From: Trueperaceae bacterium
GTDB lineage: Bacteria > Deinococcota > Deinococci > Deinococcales > Trueperaceae
Direction of reading: 5' to 3'
NCBI GenBank assembly: GCA_035306665.1
Contig: DATGNP010000071.1
Location: 1 to 50,194, forward strand
Length of the DNA: 50,194 nucleotides
The notes under the pieces are model-generated. The model saw nothing but the letters and a program-made list of their open reading frames with translations. It was not told where the DNA came from and searched no databases. The position numbers were made by a program, and so were the translations under genes. Shown here piece by piece: positions 1 through 9,820 of this stretch; the stretch's first letter is position 1; each line of letters starts with the position of its first letter.

Positions 1-73
1 CCATGGAAGCCTCGGACCCGCCCTCGAACGCAACGTAAGCCTGCCGGCCGGGCAGCGCCAGGTATGAACGCCC

Positions 74-709
74 TTGCGCGATCCGGACGCTGCCCAGGAG
101 GACCCGCGCGGGGCCGCCGCGGCGGGTCGCCTGCTAGAGTCTGCGTTCGTGCCGAGGGTGCCCTCACGCATCGCGTGGGCCGTGGACGCGGTAGCGAGGC
201 TGGGCCCGCGCAGCGTCCTGGAGGTCGGTTGCGGCCGTGGGGTCGCGCTCGAGTCGCTGGCGGCGGCGCTGCCGGAAGCCAGGCTCGCCGGCGTGGACCG
301 CTCGAAGACGGCCATAGAGGCCGCCCGCGAGCGCGACCGCGGGCTGGTCGAGGCGGGCAGGCTAGAGCTGCTGTGCGCCGACGTCAGCGACGCGGCCGGC
401 GCGTCCCTCGCGGCGGCGCCGTTCGACGTCGTCTTCGCCGTGAACGTCAACGCCTTCTGGCTCGACCCGCGGCGCGAGCTCGCCGCGACGAGAGCCCTGC
501 TCGCGGCGGAGGGCCGGCTGCTGCTCCTCTACGAGCCGCCCTCGGCGACCCAGGGCGGCCGCATCGCTCGCGACCTCCCCGTCAGGCTCGAGGAGCATGG
601 CTTCGCGCTGCTCGAAGGCCTCTCGCGACCGCTCGGGAAGGTCGAGGGCGTGGGGGTCGTGGCGGCGCCTCGTCGAGCTCGGGAGCGGTCGGCCGACAGC
701 GCGCGCTGA
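74..709 (+). CDS. Class I SAM-dependent methyltransferase
   Basis: The translation has the motif I signature VLEVGCGRG, then DVVFAVNV and a GRLLLLY post-I/II pattern. The start is TTG at 74; an alternative in-frame GTG lies at 158. Confidence 0.75.
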   Translation: MRDPDAAQEDPRGAAAAGRLLESAFVPRVPSRIAWAVDAVARLGPRSVLEVGCGRGVALESLAAALPEARLAGVDRSKTAIEAARERDRGLVEAGRLELLCADVSDAAGASLAAAPFDVVFAVNVNAFWLDPRRELAATRALLAAEGRLLLLYEPPSATQGGRIARDLPVRLEEHGFALLEGLSRPLGKVEGVGVVAAPRRARERSADSAR

Positions 710-710
710 C

Positions 711-775
711 GGCGCGGCCGCTCCGCGCCGGCCAGAGCGGCGCGAGCCAGGTACGCGCCGCCCGCTCCGGCGGGC
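711..775. terminator. Two GC-rich hairpins in a convergent spacer, possibly terminators
   Basis: GGCGCGG-ccgct-CCGCGCC at 711-729 and GCCCGC-tccg-GCGGGC at 760-775. They lie between the stop of the methyltransferase (707-709) and the stop of the DinB gene (776-778). Neither has a clear U-tract. Confidence 0.3.
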
Positions 776-1270
776 TCACCAGGTGTCGCCGCCTCCCGGC
801 GGCGGCCAGGCGCCGACGAGGCGCCTGAGCAGGATCACCTGGCCGAGGTGATGGGCGTCGTGCATGTGGTAGGACGCCACCGCCGCGCCCACCGAGCGGT
901 CCTTGCCCGCGACCAGCGGCCGGCTCAGCTCGGCCTCGTCGGCGGCCAGCGCCCGGAAACGCTCGCGGTTGGCGAGGAAGCGCGCGACCAGGTCGGGCCA
1001 CTCGCCCGCGCTCACGGCGGGCCAACCGTCGGAGGCGTGCGGCACGGGGCTCGGCGGCTCGCCGTCGACCATGCGCAGGAAGCGGTCCTGCCAGAACACC
1101 AGGTGCGCGACGACCTCGGCGACGCTGTGGGGGCTGCCGTCGGGGCGCCTCACGGCGTCCTCGCCGCTGAGCCCGTCGAGGGCGCGGGCGAACGGCGTGA
1201 AGCCGCCTGACTGGTCGGCCAGCAGGAACCGCATGAAGTCCGAGCTCGGTGCCACCAGGGGTTCGCTCAT
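776..1270 (-). CDS. DinB family protein
   Basis: Only the C-terminal part of ORF 776..1675 looks protein-like: HSVAEVVAHLVFWQDRF ... SYHMHDAHHLGQVILLRR, a DinB-type His triad pattern. The start is ATG at 1270 (MSEPLV), or ATG at 1282. The upstream part of the ORF is Ala/Arg-rich low-complexity sequence. Confidence 0.8.
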   Translation of the reverse strand: MSEPLVAPSSDFMRFLLADQSGGFTPFARALDGLSGEDAVRRPDGSPHSVAEVVAHLVFWQDRFLRMVDGEPPSPVPHASDGWPAVSAGEWPDLVARFLANRERFRALAADEAELSRPLVAGKDRSVGAAVASYHMHDAHHLGQVILLRRLVGAWPPPGGGDTW

Positions 1271-1364
1271 GACCAAGATCATGCGCGCTCGCGCGGCGTC
1301 CGTGCGGCGTCGCTCGGCACCGCGGGCGACGCGGGTGGCTGCCCTGGTCGTGCCAGGATCGGCC

Positions 1365-2465
1365 ATGGCGACCACGGAGCCCGGTAGGGCAGGGCCGGCG
1401 CGGGCACCGCGGGGCGGGGCCGTCGTGCCGTCCGCAGCCGCAGCGCCCGGACGGGCCCGGCGCGCTGGGAGCGTCTCGGCCGCTCGGGCCGGGAGCGTCT
1501 CGTCGGCAGCGGTCGCGGCGGTCGCCGTCCTCCCTGTCTTCCGGGTCGTACTGGCCGCGCTCCTCGCGGTCGCGGGCGCCGCTGCGGCGCAGGCGTACCC
1601 GAACGCCAGGCTGCTCGCCGACCCGGCGTGGCTGTCCGGCCGACTCGGTGACGACACCATGCTCGTCGTCGACATGCGCAGCGCCGCGGCTCACGCCTCG
1701 GGCCATGTCCCCGGCGCGGTGAGCCTGCCCGTGGACGCGATCGTCGCGACCGTCGACCGCGTCCCGTTCGAGCTCGACGAGGACAGTGTCGTGGGCGCCC
1801 TCCGCGCCGTCGGCCTGCGAAGTGACCACACGGTGGTCATCTACGACGACCTAGGGATGATGAACGCCGCGCGCCTCTTCTGGACGCTCGAGTACCTCGG
1901 CCACGAGGACGTCAGGGTCCTCGACGGCGGCTGGGACGCCTGGGTGGAGCACGGCGGCCCGGTCGAGAGCGGGCCGGTAGCGACCAGCCCCTCGGGCTTC
2001 GAGGCCGCCCCCCGTCCAGGGCGCCTCGTCACCGCCGAGGAGCTCGCCGGTCGACTGGGCGAGCACGGGCTGGTGATCGCCGACGCGCGCTCGCGCGCCG
2101 AGTACCTGGGCGAGACGACGTTCTCGGGCCGGGCAGGCAGGATCCCGGGGGCCGTGCACCTGCCCTGGTTCGACGTCTTCACCGGCGGCGACGTCGTCCC
2201 CACCACCCAGCCCGGCTGGCAGGCCGACCTGACGGACCCCGACGTCGAGCGGATGAGGCCCGCGGCGGAGCTGCGTGCCTGGCTGGAAGCTGCGGGCGTG
2301 ACCCCCGACGCCGAGGTCGTCACCTACTGCCAGACGTTCTGGCGCGGCGCCCACCTCTACTTCGTGCTGCGCCTGATGGGCTTCGAGGACGTGCGCGGCT
2401 ACGACGGCTCGTGGGCCGAGTGGAGCGTCACCGACCTGCCGATCGAGACCGGCGCGCCGCGCTGA
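1365..2465 (+). CDS. Thiosulfate/3-mercaptopyruvate sulfurtransferase with tandem rhodanese domains and an N-terminal signal or anchor
   Basis: Two rhodanese modules: GHVPGAVSLP in the first, and the active-site loop YCQTFWRGAH in the second. A hydrophobic stretch VLPVFRVVLAALLAVAGAAAAQA precedes the domains. The start is uncertain; ATG 1365 was chosen. Confidence 0.8.
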   Translation: MATTEPGRAGPARAPRGGAVVPSAAAAPGRARRAGSVSAARAGSVSSAAVAAVAVLPVFRVVLAALLAVAGAAAAQAYPNARLLADPAWLSGRLGDDTMLVVDMRSAAAHASGHVPGAVSLPVDAIVATVDRVPFELDEDSVVGALRAVGLRSDHTVVIYDDLGMMNAARLFWTLEYLGHEDVRVLDGGWDAWVEHGGPVESGPVATSPSGFEAAPRPGRLVTAEELAGRLGEHGLVIADARSRAEYLGETTFSGRAGRIPGAVHLPWFDVFTGGDVVPTTQPGWQADLTDPDVERMRPAAELRAWLEAAGVTPDAEVVTYCQTFWRGAHLYFVLRLMGFEDVRGYDGSWAEWSVTDLPIETGAPR

Positions 2466-2516
2466 CGGCCGGCCGGAACAGGCCGCGCCGCGGACGGGCC
2501 TGCGGCCGGCGGCCGC

Positions 2517-3122
2517 CTAGGCCGCCCGCGGCTCGTGCTCCGGGCAGTCGACGCGGAGGTCCTCGCGCTCCAGCGGCAGCTCGAGGAGCGCGCACCAGTA
2601 GGGCGTGTCGGTGCCCTCCCTGAGGAACCGGCAGGTGCGGCACATGCGCGCCACCGACACGACTCCCTCGGCCTGGAGGCCGGCGATCAGCGCCGTCAGG
2701 GTCGCGAACGCCTGCAGCTTGTCCGCCGTGGGCAGCGCGGCTGCCAGGGCCGTGACGCCGTCCGCCCAGCCCTCGGCGCGGCTCGCGACCTCGCGGCCGG
2801 CGGCGGTCAGCTCGAGCTCGACCGCGCGCCGGTCGTCGGCGGCAGGGCGGCGCACGACCAGCCCCTTCGCCTCGAGGGCGGCCACGGCGTCGCTGAGGGT
2901 CGGCGCCGACACGTCGAACCGGGCCGCCAGCGCGCCCACCCGCTTGGGGTAGGCGCGCTGGCCGACCTGGATCAGCACCTGCAGCTGGACGGGGCTCAGC
3001 CCGTGACGGCGCGCCTCGCGGCGCAGCAGGGCGCGGAGCGCCTGGCCCAGTCGCTCTGCCGCCGCGACGAGCTTGGCGTCGAGGTCCCAGTGCTGCTGGT
3101 CCAGGTCGAACGTGCCGGGCAC
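2517..3122 (-). CDS. MarR family transcriptional regulator with a C-terminal C-x2-C-x12-C-x15-C extension
   Basis: MarR-like wHTH core: LSPVQLQVLIQV ... VSAPTLSDAVAALEAKGLVVRRPAADDRRAVELELTAAG. The extra tail carries Cys161, Cys164, Cys177 and Cys193. Confidence 0.8.
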   Translation of the reverse strand: MPGTFDLDQQHWDLDAKLVAAAERLGQALRALLRREARRHGLSPVQLQVLIQVGQRAYPKRVGALAARFDVSAPTLSDAVAALEAKGLVVRRPAADDRRAVELELTAAGREVASRAEGWADGVTALAAALPTADKLQAFATLTALIAGLQAEGVVSVARMCRTCRFLREGTDTPYWCALLELPLEREDLRVDCPEHEPRAA

Positions 3123-3130
3123 GCCGGATG

Positions 3131-3889
3131 CTACCTGGCCGTCACCTCGAACGGCAGGCTCAGGTCGCCCGAGAGCACCTCGTAGACCTGGTACACGCCG
3201 AGCATCGGCCTGGCGTCGTCGCTGGTGTTCACCTCCAGGTAGGCCGCGACGGCGTCGAAGGCGAACGAGGTCTCGCCCCTGACGCGCCAGGCCGGCACCA
3301 GGACCCTCAGCGTCGCGCCGTCGAGCACCACCGAGAGGCCGGGCGAGTCCATGTACATCGGCATCCCCGGGTTCGTCGGCGGCAGCACGGCGTCGGCGCC
3401 GTCGGCGACCTCGACGACGGAGAGCCCGCCGGCCACCCGGTCGTCAGGGGCCAGCACGACCCAGTGCGTGTGGAAGACCAGGCCGTCGTCGTCGTAGTCG
3501 CCGTCGCCGTCCTCGTCCCACAACGGCGTGTCGTCGAAGTCGGGGTGCGCGGTGACGGCGAGGGTCAGGACGCCGTCGACCGGCCCGAACCCGACGGCCG
3601 CGGGGTCGAGCGTGGTCGGGAAGGCGTAGGCGAGGACGGGCGCGCCGTCGAGCCTGCCCGCCGCCACCGGGACCGTGCCGCCCGCCGCGCCCTCGACCGT
3701 CACCGCGAAGACGAGCAGGTCGAGCTCGGCGTCGTACCTCACGCTGGCCGCGACGATGTCGAGGTCGGGCGTCGCCGGCGGGGCCAGCGCCGCCGTCTGG
3801 GCGCACGCCGCGCCCAGCGTCAGCGCCACGCCCAGCGCGAGCGCTGCCACCGCGAGCCTGCCGGGGTCCGGGGCGTATACGTGCCTCAT
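3131..3889 (-). CDS. Hypothetical secreted lipoprotein with an acidic Asp/Gly cluster
   Basis: ATG at 3889 is preceded by GGAGGTGGAG. The signal peptide has a lipobox-like LTLGAAC. An internal DEDGDGDYDDDG run is present. It sits 8 nt upstream of the MarR gene on the same strand. Confidence 0.6.
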   Translation of the reverse strand: MRHVYAPDPGRLAVAALALGVALTLGAACAQTAALAPPATPDLDIVAASVRYDAELDLLVFAVTVEGAAGGTVPVAAGRLDGAPVLAYAFPTTLDPAAVGFGPVDGVLTLAVTAHPDFDDTPLWDEDGDGDYDDDGLVFHTHWVVLAPDDRVAGGLSVVEVADGADAVLPPTNPGMPMYMDSPGLSVVLDGATLRVLVPAWRVRGETSFAFDAVAAYLEVNTSDDARPMLGVYQVYEVLSGDLSLPFEVTAR

Positions 3890-3906
3890 GCTCCACCTCC
3901 AGATAG

Positions 3907-3919
3907 TTAGGACTCCTAA
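3907..3919. promoter_or_regulatory. Perfect 6-1-6 palindrome TTAGGAcTCCTAA in a divergent promoter region, a candidate operator
   Basis: It lies in the only AT-rich patch (about 3900-3930) between the lipoprotein-MarR operon on the minus strand and atpD on the plus strand. Confidence 0.35.
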
Positions 3920-3953
3920 ATACACTGTCGTGGCGACGGCGCGCAAGGGGTGA

Positions 3954-5886
<1,933 letters not shown>

Positions 5887-5890
<4 letters not shown>

Positions 5891-6180
5891 GCGCCGCGGG
5901 ACGCGACGACGAGCTCCTCGAGACGGTCGCGCGCAAGCAGGCCCGCAAGGTCCGCGCCCGCCGGGAGCGCAGGCCGGAGCTCCTCAGGGGCCTCGGGGCT
6001 ACCGGGATCGTCGGCTGGTCGATCGCGATCCCCACGCTCCTCGGGATCGCCGTGGGCGTGTGGCTCGACGGCCGCTACGAGGGAGAGTACTCGTGGACGC
6101 TGACGCTGATGGCCGTGGGCCTGGTGCTGGGCTGCGTCACGGCCTGGTACTGGGTGAAGCAGGAGGCCGAACGTGACTGA
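5887..6180 (+). CDS. atpQ: N-ATPase small membrane subunit AtpQ (AtpZ / ATPase_gene1-like)
   Basis: ATGA overlap with the atpC stop. The protein is 97 aa with a basic N-terminus and two TM helices; it contains IAIPTLLGIAVGVWLDGRY ... WTLTLMAVGLVLG. Confidence 0.7.
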
Positions 6181-6490
6181 CGGCGCGCTGGGCCTGGCCC
6201 TGGGCGCGGTCGCCGGCTGCGTGCTCGGGGCGGCGTTCTACGCCGGGCTCTGGCTGACGGTGAGGCGCGTGACGACCGCTCGCAGCCCGCGCGCCGCCCT
6301 CCTCCTGAGCTTCGGCGTCAGGTCGGTGCTCGTCGGGGCGGCGTTCGTCCTCATCGCCCGCCAGGGGGCGCTGCCGCTCCTGGGCGCCCTCGTCGGGTTC
6401 GTCGGCGCCAGGCCGCTCGTGACGTGGGCCGTGACGGGCCGGCCGCGGGCCGGGCACGGGGCCGGCGCCGAGGACGGAGGCCGGGCGTGA
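6173..6490 (+). CDS. atpR: N-ATPase small membrane subunit AtpR
   Basis: The GTG start overlaps the atpQ end by 8 nt. The protein is 105 aa with predicted TM helices and an Arg in LWLTVRRV. It occupies the position between atpQ and atpB. Confidence 0.7.
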   Translation: MTDGALGLALGAVAGCVLGAAFYAGLWLTVRRVTTARSPRAALLLSFGVRSVLVGAAFVLIARQGALPLLGALVGFVGARPLVTWAVTGRPRAGHGAGAEDGGRA

Positions 6491-7191
6491 CGCTGTCCCC
6501 CGACGAGCTCGTCTACTTCACCGTCGGCCCGTTCGCGGTGACCGCCACGCTCGTGTTCACCTGGGTCGTGATGGCCGTCCTCGTCGTCTCCTCGGCGCTG
6601 GTCACGCGCGGGCTGCGCGTCGAGCCGCCGCTGGGCCGCGGGCAGCTCCTGTTCGAGGCCCTCATCGCGTTCGTCCTCGACCAGATACGCGAGGTCACGC
6701 GGCAGGAGCCGCGGCGCTACCTGCCCTTCGCCGCCACGCTGTTCCTCTTCATCCTCGTCTCGAACGTGCTCGACGTCGTGCCGGGGTTCCACGCGCCGAC
6801 CGGCTCCCTGACGACCACGGCCGCGCTGGCCCTGGCCGTGTTCTTCGCCGTGCCGGCCTTCGGCATCGCGCGCCTTGGCCTGCTCGGCTACCTGCGCACC
6901 TACCTCGAGCCGACGCCGCTGATGCTGCCGTTCACCGTTCTCGGTGAGCTGACGCGCACGCTGGCGCTGGCGATGCGCCTCTTCGGCAACGTGATGTCGA
7001 GCGGGATCCTCGTCGCGATCCTGCTCGCCGTGGCCCCGTTCGTCTTCCCCGCGCTGATGCAGGCGTTCGGGCTGTTCTTCGGCGTCCTGCACGCGTACAT
7101 CTTCACGATCCTCGCGCTCGTCTACATCGCGTCCGGCACCGCCCAGGCGGAGAAGCGGGCACCCGCAAGGAACGGAGGAGGGCATGTCTGA
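6487..7191 (+). CDS. atpB: ATP synthase Fo a subunit
   Basis: GTGA overlap with the atpR stop. It carries the stator-arginine helix LTRTLALAMRLFGNVMSG and the C-terminal helix LHAYIFTILALVYI. Confidence 0.85.
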   Translation: MTLSPDELVYFTVGPFAVTATLVFTWVVMAVLVVSSALVTRGLRVEPPLGRGQLLFEALIAFVLDQIREVTRQEPRRYLPFAATLFLFILVSNVLDVVPGFHAPTGSLTTTAALALAVFFAVPAFGIARLGLLGYLRTYLEPTPLMLPFTVLGELTRTLALAMRLFGNVMSSGILVAILLAVAPFVFPALMQAFGLFFGVLHAYIFTILALVYIASGTAQAEKRAPARNGGGHV

Positions 7192-7447
7192 AACGGCTCT
7201 CGTGGCCATCGTCTCGATCTTCACGGCCGGCATCACGACGGCGATCGGCTCGGCGGCCGCGGCCATCGGCGAGGGACGCGCGGCCGCGCAGGCCCTGCAG
7301 AGCATCGCCCAGCAGCCCGACGAGGCCAACACGATCTCGCGCACGATGTTCATCGGCCTCGCGATGGTCGAGACGAGCGGCATCTACTGCTTCGTTATCG
7401 GCCTGATCCTGATCTTCGCCAACCCGTTCTGGGGAGCGTTCTCGTGA
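7184..7447 (+). CDS. atpE: ATP synthase Fo c subunit (rotor ring)
   Basis: An 87-aa helical hairpin. It has the QQPD loop, AIGEG in helix 1 and MVETSGIY in helix 2. Confidence 0.9.
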   Translation: MSETALVAIVSIFTAGITTAIGSAAAAIGEGRAAAQALQSIAQQPDEANTISRTMFIGLAMVETSGIYCFVIGLILIFANPFWGAFS

Positions 7448-7464
7448 GGGGCTAGGCAGCCCGG

Positions 7465-8238
7465 ATGACCATCGACTGGTTCACCCTCCTCGCGCAGCTC
7501 TTCAACTTCGCCCTGCTGCTCGTGCTGCTGCGGGTCTTCCTCTACCGGCCCGTGCTCGCCACCATGCGCCGGCGCGAGGAGCTGGCGATGTCGGCGCTGC
7601 AGGGCGCCCGCGAGCTGCAGGCCGAGGCCGAGGCCCAACGGCGCGAGCTCGAGGCCGCGCGCGAGCGCGAGGAGCGCGAGCGCCAGGCCCGGCTGGCCGC
7701 GCTCGACGCGGAGGTGGAGGCGCTGCGGCGCGACCGGCTCGAGGCCGTCGAGCGGGAGGCCGAGGCGCTGAGGCGAGCCCGGTCGGAGGCCGTGGAGCGC
7801 GGCGTGGAGCGCGCCGTCGAGCGACTGCGCTCCGAGCTGGCCGCCGTCGTCCTCGACGAGGTGAGGCAGACCCTCGCGTGGCTGGCGGACGCCGAGCTCG
7901 AGCGCCAGGCGGTGGCGCGGTTCCTCGCCAGGCTCGAGGCCCTGCCGGCGGAGGAGCGCGGCGAGCTGGCCGCGGCGGCCGCGGACGGCGAGGTCAGGTT
8001 CGTGACCGCCCACGCGCTCGACGAGGGCGCCAGGTCGGCGGTTAGGGACGCCCTGGCTCGGGCGCTCGGCGTCGACGGCGTGAGCTTCGCGACGGAGCCC
8101 GACCTCCTCGCGGGCGCCGTGCTCGAGGTCGGCGGGCTGCGCCTCGACGGCTCGGCGGCGGCCCGCGTCAGGGCCCTCGACGAGCGCTTCACGCGCGTGC
8201 TTGCGGACCTCCGCGGCGGCGACGAGGGGGCGGCGTGA
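7465..8238 (+). CDS. atpF: ATP synthase Fo b subunit with a delta(OSCP)-like C-terminal extension
   Basis: An N-terminal TM helix (WFTLLAQLFNFALLLVLL), then a long Ala/Glu/Arg coiled coil. The C-terminus LLAGAVLEVGGLRLDGSAAARVRALDERF resembles the end of delta subunits. No separate atpH gene is present in the operon. Confidence 0.8.
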   Translation: MTIDWFTLLAQLFNFALLLVLLRVFLYRPVLATMRRREELAMSALQGARELQAEAEAQRRELEAAREREERERQARLAALDAEVEALRRDRLEAVEREAEALRRARSEAVERGVERAVERLRSELAAVVLDEVRQTLAWLADAELERQAVARFLARLEALPAEERGELAAAAADGEVRFVTAHALDEGARSAVRDALARALGVDGVSFATEPDLLAGAVLEVGGLRLDGSAAARVRALDERFTRVLADLRGGDEGAA

Positions 8239-8281
8239 GCCGCGACGCGGGTCCACGCGCGGCCCGCGGCGAGGTGCCCGC

Positions 8282-9820
8282 GTGAGCCGCGCCGGCGGCG
8301 GCGACCTGGGTGAAGCCCTGGCCGCTGGCCTCGCCGCGCTCGACCGCGCCCGGCGCGAGGTCCCGCGCGACCTGGCGTACGACGAGGTCGGCACGGTCAG
8401 GTCGGTGGCGCAGGGCGTGGCCCTCGTCGACGGGCTGCCGGGCGTGACCGCGGGCGAGACCGTGACCCTGGGCCCGGGCGCCCTCGGGATCGTCAGCGAC
8501 CTGCGCGAGGACCTGGCCGGCGTCGTGCTGCTGCGCGGGTCGCGCGCGGTCGCCGCCGGCGTCACGGTGCGGCGCACCGGCCGCGTGCTCGCGGTGCCGG
8601 TCGGCGAGGCGGTCCTCGGCAGGGTCGTGGACGCCCTCGGCGACCCGCTCGACGAGAACGGCCCGCTCGAGGCCACGGCGCGGCTGCCGGTCGAGCGCCC
8701 CGCGACGCCGATCGTCGACAGGGCACCGGTCACCGAGCCGCTGCACACCGGCGTGAAGGTCGTCGACGCCCTCTTCCCCATCGGCCGCGGCCAGCGCGAG
8801 CTGATCGTCGGCGACCGCCAGACGGGTAAGACGGTGCTGGCGCTCACCGCGATCCTGGCGCAGCGCGACACGGGCGTCCGCTGCGTCTACTGCTCGATCG
8901 GCCGCCGCGGCGCCGAGGTGGCCCAGACCGTGGCCCGGCTCCGCCGCGCCGGCGCGATGGCCTACACGACGGTCGTCGTGGCGTCGTCGGAGTCCGAGCC
9001 GGGCCTGCGGCAGGTCGCGCCGTTCGCGGCCATGAGCATCGCCGAGTCGTGGATGGAGGCGGGGAGCCACGTGCTGGTGGTCCTCGACGACCTCGTCCAG
9101 CACGCCAGGGCCCACCGCGAGGTGTCGCTGCTGCTGAGGCGCCCGCCCGGCAGGGAGGCCTACCCGGGCGACGTCTTCTACCTGCACGCGCGGCTCCTCG
9201 AGCGCGCCACCCAGCTCAAGCCCGAGCGCGGCGGCGGGTCCCTGACCGCCCTGCCGATCGTCGAGACGCAGGAGCGCAACCTGGCCGCCTACATCCCCAC
9301 GAACCTGATCTCGATCACCGACGGCCAGATCGTCCTCTCGCCGGAGCTGTTCGGCCGCGGGCAGCTGCCCGCCGTCGACGTCGGCCTCTCGGTGTCGCGC
9401 GTGGGCGGCAAGGCCCAGCTCCCCGCCTACCGCGCGGTGGCCGGCGGCGTGCGGCTCTCCTACGCGCAGTTCGAGGAGCTGGAGGAGTTCGCGCGCCTGG
9501 GCGCCGACCTCGACGAGGCCACCCGCCACGCGCTCAGGCGCGGCCGGCGCGTCAGGGAGGTCCTGCGTCAGGGCGCGCTCGAGACGGTGCCGGTGGTGAG
9601 GCAGGTCGCGACGCTGCTGGCCGTCGACTCCGGCCTCTTCGACGCGGTGCCGACGCGACGGATCGGGGAGCTCGAGGAGGCGATCGGCCGCGAGGTGCTG
9701 GCGCGGGCTCCCCACGTGGCCGCGGGCATCGAGGCCGGGGCGGAGCTGAGCGAGGAAGACCGCGCCGCCCTGTACGAGGCGGCGCGGCGCGTCGTCGCTG
9801 CGGCGGTGCCGGGGCCGTGA
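8282..9820 (+). CDS. atpA: F-type (N-ATPase) ATP synthase alpha subunit
   Basis: Walker A GDRQTGKT, then LVVLDDL, then PGREAYPGDVFYLHARLLERA. GTG at 8282 was chosen. The in-frame TTG at 8201 lies inside atpF. Confidence 0.9.
   Translation: MSRAGGGDLGEALAAGLAALDRARREVPRDLAYDEVGTVRSVAQGVALVDGLPGVTAGETVTLGPGALGIVSDLREDLAGVVLLRGSRAVAAGVTVRRTGRVLAVPVGEAVLGRVVDALGDPLDENGPLEATARLPVERPATPIVDRAPVTEPLHTGVKVVDALFPIGRGQRELIVGDRQTGKTVLALTAILAQRDTGVRCVYCSIGRRGAEVAQTVARLRRAGAMAYTTVVVASSESEPGLRQVAPFAAMSIAESWMEAGSHVLVVLDDLVQHARAHREVSLLLRRPPGREAYPGDVFYLHARLLERATQLKPERGGGSLTALPIVETQERNLAAYIPTNLISITDGQIVLSPELFGRGQLPAVDVGLSVSRVGGKAQLPAYRAVAGGVRLSYAQFEELEEFARLGADLDEATRHALRRGRRVREVLRQGALETVPVVRQVATLLAVDSGLFDAVPTRRIGELEEAIGREVLARAPHVAAGIEAGAELSEEDRAALYEAARRVVAAAVPGP

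Noticed and set aside
1440-1520. A direct repeat (GGGAGCGTCTCG twice) in the rhodanese N-terminal region, as a possible repeat element or frameshift site.
   Set aside because: It simply encodes a duplicated RAGSVS peptide in a low-complexity pre-signal region whose translation start is itself uncertain. There is no evidence of disruption.
582-1829. Long antisense or alternative-frame ORFs. Examples: 582..1829(-), 6238..7383(-), 7384..8871(-), 8189..9715(-), 9049..10698(+, N-terminal part), 19547..22177(-), 24740..26341(-), 42130..44337(-), 42372..44378(+).
   Set aside because: Their translations are monotonous Arg/Pro/Gly/Ala strings with no motifs. They lie opposite to, or out of frame with, genes that have clear family signatures. 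Very high GC suppresses stop codons in non-coding frames.
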